Source of the DNA: Rhizophagus irregularis
Taxonomy: Eukaryota
Direction of reading: 5' to 3'
DNA: 64,000 nucleotides
Assembly: GCF_026210795.1 (NCBI RefSeq)
Contig: NC_089431.1
Span: forward strand, 4,340,001 to 4,404,000
Shown piece by piece: positions 14,901-27,733 of this stretch (position 1 is the first letter of the stretch; each line of letters begins with the position of its first letter). The position numbers were made by a program, and so were the translations under genes. Below the pieces are notes generated by a model that had not been told where the DNA came from, searched no databases, and was given only the letters and a program-made list of their open reading frames with translations.

Positions 14901-15368
14901 ATTCAAAATATGTAAGAAATTATATCTGATCGTGATTTTAATTTCTACTGTTATATTATCGAATACAAATAGAATCTTCACTAACACTTGCGAAATAATT
15001 TAACTAGAAACTATCAGTTGTATAAATTGTTACACGATTACAATAACTGGTGAGAGTAATTACGATCTTTTTAATTATGGCTTTACGAAATATAATGATA
15101 TGTTTATTCAAATCGTATAATATCAATTTCATAAAACTATAAGGCAAACATTAAACGGACTCAGATTAACTTACTTAATAATATATATTTCTATTTAAAC
15201 TAGGGAAATGGAATTATTGCAAGTACGGAGTGAAAATATCAGAAATACTTAATAATTTATGGTTCAATCTTGACGTTTTAAAGTTATATTATAATTAAAC
15301 GTGTCGCATACACGGTAATCTTGTGACCTCCGATTTCGTAAAAGTACAAATCCGGGAGTTGATGTTAA

Positions 15369-15675
15369 GGCCACACAAATTCGAATTTTCGGTTCACTTC
15401 ACCCGGCCGGGTCACTTTTTCAAATTTCAATAAAAAAAAGTTTATATATAAAAAGTTTATCACGTGATCAGGACGTAATTTTATTGGCGGGTAAATTTAT
15501 CACGCGGCTGAGAACTTCTAGAGCGAAAATAAATTCCTCCCTTTTAAAAGTCAACCAATCAAATGTCACGATTTTATATATAAACTTTTTTTACTAATAA
15601 ACAATAAACCCCGGGTCCCCGGGTCGATTTTAAATTTCAATGTTACGTGAACCGAAAAATTGAATTTGTGTGGCC
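15369..15675. mobile_element. PIF/Harbinger (Tourist-like) MITE
   Basis: ~29-bp TIR GGCCACACAAATTCGAATTTTCGGTTCAC / GTGAACCGAAAAATTGAATTTGTGTGGCC with TAA on both sides. Confidence 0.85.
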
Positions 15676-15943
15676 TAATCGTTAATTTACGTGCTAAACA
15701 TTTTTATTTTGGAAGATCTATTTCAAAATTCTTAAATCTGTAAGCCTAAAAGAATGCATCAATATATTAAGAGATTCACTGCTATATATTCGTGAGAAGT
15801 TATTTAAATTTTGTTTATTTAAAAAAAAAAAAATAGGTTCAGGTAGAATTTTGGATACAAATAACGCACGTTAATTCTGACGATACAAAAAATAATAATT
15901 TAATTAAAATAGAAAGCATGTCGTCGTGAAATTTCTAAAAAAA

Positions 15944-16975
15944 TTATGCATCCTGTTTCACGATTTTTTCGATAACTTCGGTCACTGGACGAGGAGTAAA
16001 ACTAAATTTATCATTATCTAAATCTTTATATTGTTCGTTTTGCACAAGGGTGGCCTTGAAATTTTCTTCAGGAGAAGGAATTGGTTCGACCTTGTTTTTG
16101 TATCTATGTTTTACTTCTTCATCTACAACAACTTCCCATTTTGAGCCTTCATAAATGTATAATTATTAGTCCAACATTTTTAAATAAAGTTGCGTTAGAA
16201 AAAAAAGATGTACTGTAATGCTCACCAGAAACTTCTTCAAACTTTTGAAGGTACTCATTTAATGACAAGGTAGCCCCAGCTACTTTAATAACAGCATTAC
16301 GAGCTTCCGGCATTTTAAGCGTCTCTACGGTATATTTGCCAACATCAGACAAAGAAGTAGTATGTAACTTTTTATTGCCATCCGCGTAGAACGTAGCTTT
16401 TTTATTCTTGGCATCAAATCCAATAAAGCTAAGGTATTCTTGGAATAATCCATTAAAGATAATCGTGTATTCAAGTCCACTATTTATTAATTCTTCTTCA
16501 AATTTGATTTTATTGTCTGGAGTTGGATGAACTCCGACTCTATTATTAATATTAAGAAAAAAAAATTCTTTAATTTTATCATCAACATGAATTAACAAAA
16601 AAAAAATAAAAAAATACCATACTTAAACTCGCTACCAAATTCGGATGGGATGAACCTCTTCACAGAGGCTTCTTTGGCAGCAACCAACAATGGAACCTGA
16701 CTTTCGTAAAGATTCGTATTTTTATAACTTAAAACACTGATTACGACGTCTGTCCCTTTAAGAACTTCAACTAGTTCATCTTTTTGATCGTAATCTGCAT
16801 ATATAATTTCTGCGCCCTTAGAAGCTAATAATTTAGCTTTCTCATTTTCGGTTTTAGGTTTCCTTCGAAGAACCTTCACATTATAAGATCCATCGTTCAA
16901 AAAGGCCTCAACAATATGATAACCTAAAGTACCCGTGCCTCCAGCAATAGTTACAGTTTTGAATTGTGAACTCAT
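15944..16975 (-). CDS. NmrA-like / isoflavone-reductase-like protein, copy 2 (3 exons)
   Basis: Same motifs and intron positions as copy 1; ends KQDA*. Confidence 0.92.
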
Positions 16976-17469
16976 TTCGAATTTTGGATTAAGATTTTTA
17001 TTATTTGTATACTTTTTTTTACAACAAAAGATTTTAGTACCATTTTATTATATATATTTATCTTTAAAAAAAAAAAAAAGAAAAAGAAAAAAAGGAAAAA
17101 TTAAAATGATATAATAATCGTGAGAAATTACTAATATTCATAATTGTTTCCTTGAATTTTATCATGATTATAATTATAAATACTGTATAACAAAATCGGC
17201 AGAAATACAGCTTACAAATGATCAATCATTTGTAATTTGGCCATTTGTCATCAAGTGATCTGCTTTAACCTTCCATCTATAGTAAAACAATGAAACATAG
17301 AGTAATGGATTGTGTCATACCAAAGGTGCATCTCTAGAATAATCGATATCTATAATCCCGGAGTATGCATCTATACATCAAATCCAAAAAGGAATATCAT
17401 CTTTTATGGAGGTTAACATGATTTAAAAAAATTTAACCAACATTTGATAGACAATCAGAGTTTATCATT

Positions 17470-18070
17470 GACGGAAGTTCATGTATTTTTCGGTATTTTA
17501 TTTTTTTTAGTTACGGTTTAAGGGATATGTTCTAATCCTGTCAACTTAAGAAGACATGTTCAACGAAATTATACCAATCAAAGTTATATAAATCCTAAAT
17601 TTTTTGAAACTCAAAATTGTTCGTAAACTTAACAGTTAACCGAAAAATTCGATATATAATAGTATTATTAGTATTATTCTGGGAATTAATAAGTCGTAAA
17701 TCACTTTTTGATTTTGAAACAAAAAGTAATGATCTTTTTGAAATTTTTAAAATTAAATCTGATATCCTTAACGGTAAAAGAGAAAAACCTCTTTCAGGCA
17801 CAAATTATAATCTTGTTGCACTCTATAAAAGTAAGTATAACACTACGCAATGACTCTAAAAAAATCTTTTCTTATCGTAAGTTTATTAATTTTTGCTTTA
17901 TTCAAATGGAAAGTTGGCAACACGAACCATATAAAAGACCGGACATTCATCAAGTAATTTTAATACTGAATCTATGATAAATGTGACAAATAATTTTAAT
18001 TTTGAAGAAATTGAAATAACAGAAATTATGATGACCAAGTTGTGATGGTTGACATAAATTCATATTATTT
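17470..18070 (+). pseudogene. Degenerate 3' part of an array-family kinase
   Basis: FWELISRKSLFDFETK...GKREKPLSGTNY and WQHEPYKRPDIHQV with frameshifts; homologous to the 24790-31890 copies. Confidence 0.85.
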
Positions 18071-20079
18071 GTAACTTTACACAAATTATTTTTTTATTGA
18101 ATAAAAATATAATGTATGTAGACTTTAATTAATTGTGTCGATGCTTGATATCTTCCTATCGACTCATCGATCTTTTTTTTTTAGATAATTTATTTTCAGC
18201 GTAAAGAATGAATCTCTTTTTATACTCAATTTAAGATTATATGTTGTAGAGCATATAAGTCCACAGTGTTAAGTAAAATTTTTGTTGTAAATGTTTATTA
18301 ATGTCTCGAAGCTTTGAATCACATTTATAGACTGTTAATGTAAATTTTTGATGGAAAAGATTTTTTTTACGACTAAAAAAATGGAGAAAATAATTTTTTG
18401 CGACCAGAACTTTATGATCAAAATTATTTTTTTGTGATTTGGTATATGCTAAATGGTTGCTAGGGGGAAATTATGCGTGCTCCCCTTGGCTAACTATCTG
18501 TAGTCCGATGAATCAGAAATTCTGGTTTCTTCTGTAATGCAAAATATTGATTGAAATAATTTTTTCGATCAATCTTTTTTTGGTGAAAATAATTTTAGTA
18601 AAAATTCTCAAAAAAACGGGAATAAAACTAGGAACACTATTTAAGTTCTGGATTGAGTTCCTATTTTGCGTCTTTACCTGAGATCAATCAAATCCTATTT
18701 TCCAGTTTCATCTACCTTAATATTTAGGATGGATGTTTTGTGAATAATATCAACATCATTGAAAGTAACATGAAGAATGGATCCATAAAAAATTATAAAT
18801 TTGAGCTCGTCAGAATGAACTGAATTTCTTTTATTTCTTTTCAAACCTCTTCGTAACGAAAATTAAGTGGAACTTGTCTTAGAATTATGTCGGTATGGCC
18901 AAAACGTATATTAAGGAGATTATTCATCTACAGTAATATAAATGTATATATTTTCATGAAACGAATCGCGCTATAATTTGTATACTGTATAATAATATGG
19001 TTGGGAAATAGTAGTCTATATAAATGTCATTTCTCTTTTTTTCATCCCATAAAGTAAGAACAAGAGAATATATATATCATCAATAAAACCAAGTACTAGA
19101 CAACGTTTCGAATCACTAGATGCATTTAAAACACAGAAAAAATCTGAATTTCAAGTATATAACGAGTAATAAAATAGTCTTTTCTTACGTATATCATGAA
19201 GAATTCCAGACTGATATTTTTTTTTTAATAAAGTAAATTTTACACTAAATCAAAATAGACGTGAAATTACACGTCAAAATAATATGATTAATTAATCTCA
19301 AGCCAACATCTATTTTTAATATCTCCAGTCTGTTATATTTATAGAATTTTTTATCCCTTCCTTGAACTTCTCAGGAACGTAAAAAAAAAGAAAAAAAAAG
19401 ATAATCATTCTTAAATGATTGCGTTACATGATTGCGTTGATTGGCATCAGAAGTGATTTTTATTTTCGCTTATAAACATTCTTTGAAATAGTTTGTCATC
19501 GTTTATCAGAAAATTATCTTCTTGACGTCTCGATGTAGCTGATGATCCGAATACTCTATCAGTCTATGAAGGGAAATCTTTGATTTCATTTTCTTTGTTC
19601 TCTGGAAAGGAAACGATTCCAAAGGAATCCAGAAATCACTTTTTTTTTTCATTCGATTCAATGCAGAAAGTATAACATAAGATCAAAGCCTTCTCAGAAT
19701 CGATTTAATCTTGAAAGATCTTTCTTAAATCTACGAAAAAAACAAAAAAGTTAATACTTGGTTTTAAAATGATCGTCTGGACACTTGTTTCAATAAGTAT
19801 AAGCTGCAATTTGCTTAATAAATTTGGTGTCCATAGACTGTTCCTATACAAGCTTCAAACAATATAATATACTGTATATCGACTATGGAAATGTTACATC
19901 AGAATCCAAAATCGAAAAACGTTATAATAGGAAATCATTAATCGAGGTTTTACGTTATCCAGAATCTTTTTAAGTTAAAGATGCAAGTCGAATCCTAAAA
20001 AAAATCAAGTTTTCATTAAATAAGAATCCACTTTTTATGTTTTACTCTTTTCTTACGATAGAACATGAGAAAAATACCT

Positions 20080-21239
20080 TTTTTAAAACGTGACATTTCC
20101 ATAGACTGATAAAACGATTCTCTAATTTTCTCTTGTATTAATTTCATCTCTTCTCGCAGCAACAGGATTATTATATTTACTTCTCTTTGTTTTTCCTTCC
20201 TCTTTTATTCGTTTATCTGGTGCATGCGTTATACTCGGCGGTTTGTCATTTGACTTTCTTTATTATCGTCTGTTATAAATTCTGTGACTTCTTTTGACGA
20301 AATCTTTATCTGAGTTTGCTCCTCTTTCCGAGATTCCATTGAGCTGGATCTTGATTTGTCGACCTTATCTTCATCTGCCGAATTTTCTTCCAATCTCTCT
20401 CTCCTTTGATTTATAGCCGTTTTCAAAATGGTTGATGCTATTTATTTATAATTAAATATTCGAATACCAATATCCGTCCGGTTTTCGTCCATTATTTATC
20501 CGGTTTTCATCCGGTTTTCGGTTTTCATTTTTTTTTCATCCAAACATAATAGCATCAACCATTTTGAAAACGGCAATAATTTTCAGTACGCGCCACTTCA
20601 ATAACATAGATTTATCTATGCCTTGTTTAGAACTATACTTCGACTTTCCAGTTGTAGTGCAAGGACGGCATTATATGCGGGTAGTAGTCTCCATCGCCGG
20701 CTACTAATATCAGAATACCGAGGATACATCGATACAACAGATTCAATGGCGTGTCCTAGCGTAGTATCTACCATGGCATATACGGCCTATACGAAATTCT
20801 TCTAATTGAGGGCCCCTTGATGAACTGCAACCTAACATTTCTCTGGTTCCGACTGCAAATTTACCTTCAATGAATAAATTAGAATCATCAACGAACACGT
20901 ATCTGTCAAGCTTCGGTAGAATTTGAATGGCTACGCGGTAATATCCTTTATTAACTTGATAGGAAATTTCTTTTATTTTCGCCCTAACTCTTCACCGCCT
21001 AGTACTCCTTAATGCCCATATTAAATGGTATATAGCCTCTAACGAGTCCTGGCTTCCTGCCTTCTTTCGATACTCTCTTTTAAGAAGATTTATTTTCCAT
21101 ATAGTAAATTCATCTTGTTCATCAACTTCATAATCTTTGTTTACCTTAATTTTCTCTCTAAGAACATCAATAGTATCTTCTTTTTCGAAATTGTAGCTTC
21201 ATATGACGTGCCTACAATAAAACAGCTGAGAGATGGCAT
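20080..21239 (-). pseudogene. Crinkler (CRN) N-terminal domain fused to NYN/PIN-like ribonuclease; pseudogene
   Basis: Manual translation: MPSLSCFIVG..TIDVLREKIK..FTIWKI..LGGEEL (CRN-like), then YVFVDDSNLFIEGK, VDTTLG, GILILVAGDGDYYP..NWKVEV* (NYN). Stops, frameshifts and a MITE insertion. 3' end uncertain. Confidence 0.75.
20412..20578. mobile_element. 167-bp MITE of unclear superfamily inserted in the CRN-NYN relic
   Basis: ~30-bp TIR TA(T)[A/T]GCCGTTTTCAAAATGGTTGATGCTAT flanked by ATT. Removing it plus one ATT restores the frame VARTENQRR. Confidence 0.8.
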
Positions 21240-21910
21240 ATTGACGATACATCATTATATTTTCAATCTATTTTGGGAACTGTTTACACATGTCACAGTA
21301 TAAAATAGGAGATTATAGTGTCATAAGTCCGGATTATTCATGGTTCAGATGCAAAAGTATTTCAGAGTGGCAAAAATTATCTTTTTGACCTTGTATGACA
21401 TCTTTTTTTGACCCTCCTATATGTAATACAGTATATGCGGGTCAAAAAAATAACACGAGGAGGGTCAAAAAGGTAATTTTTACTTCAGAGTGACGATCAT
21501 CTCTCCCAAAGAATACATTTGTGCGACAAAATTAATAATGTCTGTACAACCGAGTTTTTTGATTTCATGTAATACAAATAAATATATGTCGTTAACGTGT
21601 TCAGGGAACTAAATCATTTGATTTACTGTACGTACAGATCATATGTTAATTATGTTATGCTTACTATTTTGCGCCACTTTAGTCTATGTAATCTTCTTTT
21701 ACTCATAATTAATTATCAAGACCATAATAATTTAGCAATATATTTTTCATAACAAAGTAAAACAAACGTATATTGTAATGTTACTTATAAAATAAAAATC
21801 ACTATTCGAAACTCGAAAAATGAAAATTGGTTGGCCAAACTGAGAAAAAACTAACGACAACATATAAGATTTACTCCCCATTTACATGATAATCTTTCTC
21901 ATATACAATA

Positions 21911-22434
21911 TTAGAATACGTTGGGGAATTCAGTGACTTCAAAAGCATCTTTTCTGGTGGCTCTGACCGAAAATATTCTTCCAAGAGAAGGTGCATTTGG
22001 TATCCGATAATTAGTCTGAAATCCGTTGTTGCCATAAGCAACGTTGACCGCAACATCCATAGAGTTATCAGGGTGAGTAACGATGAAAAAAATTGACACG
22101 GAAGGCAGGGCGGCATTGGGAAAAGGTCTTAATTCATTGTGCGCATTACGAATACCTAATTCAGAAATTGGAAATTATGAAAGACAGAAAAAGAAAATGA
22201 ACAGATTTATGAAAGACAAAGAAAGAAAATGAACAGAATTGAATTATTTTTATCAAACATACGTGTAATCATTACGTTCTTATCAAGATTACGATTAGCT
22301 AAGTTGATCTCACTCCACTCGATGATTATTAAAGTCGGATCATCATGGTTTGCTTGAGTTTCGCCAAATATGTTATGATTCCATTTAAGGATCTGTTCTT
22401 GTACTTCAGTACTAAAATGATCTAACTCAGGCAT
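21911..22434 (-). CDS. Small 2-exon hypothetical protein (~140 aa)
   Basis: Exon 1 MPELDHF..VMIT joins through a GT-AG intron (~22262-22156) to RIRNAHNELRPFPNAALPSVSIFFIV..EFPNVF* in frame. Confidence 0.6.
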
Positions 22435-22811
22435 CGTTTTTTTAAAAAAAGTATATACAGGTATATGTGAATGACTGGGTCTAAGGGAAGGAGGTTGTAA
22501 ATAAGCAAAACGAAACCTCTAGGTAATATTAAAAGTAAGGATAATAAATGAGAAAGAGGTATTGTATTTTTCATCTTAAAAATTTTTCGGATTTTGTGGA
22601 AGCAATTATGTAAACCTTGTGTCAATTTATTCTAATTTAAACAATAGCAAAATAGCGATTTGATTGTCTTAAATTGCTATTGTTCTATTTTTGGTACATT
22701 TATATATTTTGATTGTTAAACGTATTTAACGCGAAAGAAAATCAATTTTTTTCTTACTCCTTAAAATCGATCAAAAAAAAAATAAAAAAATCGTTCTCAA
22801 ATGTACTAATT

Positions 22812-22905
22812 ATTATAAAATAATTACTTTGTTATAAAATAATTACTTCGTTATAAAATAGTTACTTTGTTATAAAATAATGACTTTGTTATAAAATAAT
22901 TATTA
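22812..22905. repeat. 19-bp minisatellite (TTATAAAATAATTACTTTG) x~4.5
   Basis: Direct reading of the sequence. Confidence 0.9.
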
Positions 22906-24789
22906 TTATTAATAATAATTACTGCACCTGGGGGTACAGATTCTTAACTTGTACCCCTCAGAATTTGATTGGCCCACACGATACTTTAAACATTTTTATT
23001 ATTTTTATTCGAAGAAAAAATTCGCACGAGTATGTATTAGCTTATAATAAAAATTCAACCGAATTTTTCATTATTCACTTAAGAAAATTTTGCACGATAC
23101 CAAATTTTATTTTCTAACTAATTTTCATCATTTTTACGGATAATAAGAACAATAACTTTTTAATAATTAAATGCAATAGTACGCTATACACTTTCATACA
23201 ATATACTTCTTGCTACCATACAACCATTCTTATCTAATAAATCAGACTTCCCAAAACTATCCCCTTATAAACTAAGAATAGGCCGAACTATTTTAAGAAA
23301 GAATAAAGTAATATATTAAAAATTATTTTCTTCTTGTTTCCAAAATAATTTGCGATCTTCTTGTGTAGGGATTATAAAATTAAATTTGTTAATTATTTAA
23401 TATTTAATGATTTTTAAGATAAATTCCGAACAAAAAGGACATTTGCTACCTATTAAATAATTAAATTTAATTTTCTCGAAAAAAAGTAACAAACCTGAAG
23501 AAGAAGTTGGCGTATCAATAGAATTATCATCTTCTTTACCTGAATTGTTTTTTTTATCATAACTTAATATATAAAATATTTATTAAACAAAAAAAAATAT
23601 AATTAAAGGAATTTCGCACAAACTTTCCAAATGTAACAAATTTATAGGATCGTTTTCTTTCCTGAATTATTTTCTATTTGAGGATAATCATTAAATTTTT
23701 AATAAAAAAATGTTGTATTTAGCCAAACCTTGAGGATTATTTTTCTTTTCTTCTTCATTAGCCTGAGATGTATTTTGTTGACGAGATGTTAATGCAGCCC
23801 TTTTAGAAGGTCTAGTGGTTTCAGTCCCACTTTTAATTCATTTTTTTGAAATGCGTCCTTGATTATCATTTAAAATAAAAATTATTAATTAATAAAATAT
23901 TTATTTAAAACAAATCATACCTTTTGGCTTTGTTGTTTCTGGATTTTTAGTCTTTCCAGTTTGTGAATTTTTTTGAATTTCCCTCTAAAACATAGAGGTC
24001 TTTTACTGAATTATTGAGTAAATGTAAAAATTTTTTGCTGTTTCAGGTTTGATCTCCAACCTTTATACCAAATTCGAAAAGGAAAGTAGTAGTGGCTGTG
24101 TTAGATTAAAGATAGATAAAAAATAACGTGAAATTTAAGGGTAAACCCCTGGAACAGGTTAAGTGTGCTTGACACGTCTAATATTTCATAGAGGGTCACA
24201 AGACGTTTTTTTTATATACTGTATGATTAATAACGAATAATACACGTTCACGATTCTCAAATTTTTTTTTTAGCAATCAACGTATAAACCAACAAAAGTT
24301 GGGCTCGTGATCTATAGTGTGGCGTCTAAATTTTGATTGGTTGATATGCAGATTCTTTACTTACACTGCAGTACTAAATATTCGAAATTTAACCATTTTT
24401 CGCCGGAAATAGAAGTTCATTTAGATCAAAGAAAATTGCAACGTTTTACCAAGGCGTAATGATGATTTTATAAGAGAGAGTCATATGATTTATAACGTGT
24501 TCTCGATTATTTTTAGCATAAAAAATTTCAGTTACATACAAACGGTTCGCGTCTCCTAGTTATACCTGTTTAATACCACTATACCAGAAATTTCTTACGA
24601 GAAGTAACAACAACACACAGTTACAGTATATATAAAATATTAAATATTCTTTTATTCATAAGAAATTATCAATAAATAAATCGTAATCTTCAATTTTTTT
24701 ATTTATTTTATGAAGGAATAATGTTCGTTAAATTTTCGTATAAAATTACAAATAATACAGAATTTTTTTTTAAAAAAAAACATAATAAT

Positions 24790-26118
24790 CTAAGAATTAT
24801 ATTTATCGGAATTTATGTCACAATCATCACAGCTTGGAAAGTCAACATCTTCATTTTCTAATTTTTCTGTTGTTACGATTTCCGTTTTTTCGATTTTTTC
24901 AATTTTAAAATTATTTGATATATTTTCAATATTATTAATTTCTGAAATTACTTGACGAATATCTGGTCTTTCATCTGGTTCATGTTGCCAACATTCTATT
25001 TAAATAAAGTTAAAATTAAAAATTAAACTTAGAATAAAAAAAAAAAATCTTTTAAAAATTATTGATTAATGTGATACTTACTTTTATAAAGCGTAACAAA
25101 GTTATAATTTGTACCTGAAATAGGTTTTTCTCTTTTACCATTAAGGATATCAGACTTAATTTCAATAATTTCCAAATAATTATTATTTTTTGTTTCAAAA
25201 TCAAAAGGTGATTTACAACTTGTTAATTCCCAGAGCAATACTCCCAAACTGTATATGTCTGATTTTTCGGTTAAGACATATGAATGATTTTGAGTTTCAA
25301 AAAAATTAGGATCCATATAAGGTATTACACCTCGTACTTCAGTATCACTAACTGATCCTTTTAGATATGAACGTCCGAAATCTGCTAGTTTTATTGTATC
25401 TTTTTGTATTAATATATTATTAGGATGCTGATAAAAAAAGAATGTATTAATTCGTGTTAAATGTAAAAGAATTATAAAATAATACTTATACAGTATACTT
25501 ACAAGGTCTCCGTGTACGATTTCCTTATCAACATGTAACCATGAAATCGCACTTGAAATTTCTTTAGCAAATTTTAATTGGCTCTCCCATTTAAAAGTTA
25601 TAGTATTATCTTTTAAATATTTTCCTAATGTTCCACCTTCTGCATATTCAAGTACAAGCGAATAATTTATTTGATCTAAAGTATTAAAAAACACGTGAAC
25701 GAAATATTCACATAAAAAAAAGGTATTATAATAATTAAATAAATTATTTACCATTTAATTTCGTAACTCCATAAAATTGAATTATATTTGGATGAAGATT
25801 AACCAATCCCGTTAAATGAATCTAGAAAAACAAATACACGAATTTTAAAAATTTATTTAAATAACAATAATCAAATTATATTAGTAACATATCTCATACC
25901 TCATTAATAATGGCTTTTTCTTTAGAATTTCCGATAAATTTTTTAATTGCGAACTTTGATGTATCTTTCCAACATACATTATAAACCAAGACGGATGCTC
26001 CAGAAGAAATTTTATCGAGAATCTTAAAGCCTTGAGGATCATAATGATATACTATTTGTGATACCTCGCCATCCAATAATATCTTGAGCCTGTTTTTATG
26101 ACACACTTCGAGATGCAG
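24790..26118 (-). CDS. Array kinase copy A (TKL-like, 5 visible exons; start codon not located)
   Basis: FAIKKF, HPNIIQFYG, LEYAEGG, HGDL|HPNNIL, LADFG, GVIPYMDP, SDIYSLG, CWQHEPDERP. Confidence 0.8.
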
Positions 26119-27733
26119 CTGTTATAATATAATGATTCGAATTACTAAAATAATATTAGAGTTGGCGCAGCAAAAGTATATTTTGCATTGTTTGATCTGA
26201 TCTGCATTAATCTGCATTGCATTGTTGTATATGTAAACTAGGTTATTTGCAACAAAATCTTTTGCTGCGCCAGAAAAAAAAAACCATTTAAATATCGGCT
26301 CTTTCCCTCTTTTTGTTGTGGCGCAGTATTCTCGATAAACAAACTAATTATTTCTTTAAATTTTTTTATCAACTAGTACTGGTGCTTCACTGCCTCGAGA
26401 TTTTGCTTTTTTTAAAAATATTTGAGTAATAAATTTTTTAAGATAACCAGAATAAAAAACAAAGAAAGACTTATATTCAAGTTCAAAGAAATGGTGAATA
26501 TAATTTTTAAACCTAAAATATTGACCAAGAAATAAAAAAACGGAAAGAGGAAAGAAAAACATTGAAATAATATTAAATGTAGTTTTTATATAGAATTGCG
26601 CTACAAACGGATAATACTTTTTCCGCAATTACTGTCGTGTTACAAAACTACGCCTTATTTTCTTTGTTTCCCCAATAATGTTGAGAAACATTATAAAGTT
26701 GCACCATAATGCATGTAGTACGTATACCACTCCTTTTTGCAGTTATTCAAAAACGCAATCACGATCCGAAAGTAAACTGAAAAGATTAATAAATTTCTTT
26801 CTTTTTTTAATCCCGCGATTAATCTTGTCACTCATCAGTGATATATTGTAGAACCATGTAAAATTAATTTGCTCTTAACGATCTTTAATACAAATGTTCA
26901 TGCAATCATGCATTTATATTGAAAGAATCGGAGTTTATGTATTAATTCCGAGTTCAAATAATATTTTGGCGTAATTTTCTATTTTCCCATAGATTTTTAC
27001 TTACACTGCAGTACTAAATGTTTGAAATGGTCTGATCATTTAGCCATTTTTCGAAATAGAAGTTCATTTTGGATCAAAGAAAAATTGCAACGTTTTACCA
27101 AGGCGTAATGATGATTTTATAAGAGAGAATCATATGATTTCTTAACGTATTTGCGATTATTTTTAACATAAAAAATTTAAGTTATATACAAACGGTTCGC
27201 GTTTCCTAGTTTATACCTGCTTAATACCACTATATCAGAAATTTTTATTCGACAATAATAGCTCGTGTTCTACATATTACATAAGATGACCGTATTAATA
27301 CGTCAAACTAAGGTATAGGCGCTGCCCCTATAAAAGTAGTTTCTATAATAGTAAAAATGAATTTATAAACCATTCGAAAATATTAAAATTTAAGGATTTT
27401 TTAGGTGAAAATTCTAAAATGATTTTTAAAACTTTATGCATTGCTGCATAAGTAATTGATATGTTGTAAAGAAAAGTGTTTAAAACATCAAGGTTATCAT
27501 AATTTTTACTTCTCTGTAATAAATTCTTCGGTTGTACTTATATAATAATAATAAATTTTACGACGCAACAAATTTTTACGAGAAGTAACAACAACACAGA
27601 GTTATATATAAAATATTAAATATTCTTTTATTCATTGAAAATTATCAATAAATAAATTAATCTTTTTATTTATTTTATGAAGGAATAATGTTCGTATAAA
27701 ATTACGAATAATACAGAATTTTTTTATAATAAT

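Noticed and set aside
22812..22905. Short repeats resembling a CRISPR array
   Set aside because: Units are contiguous with no unique spacers, in a eukaryotic context; this is a minisatellite.
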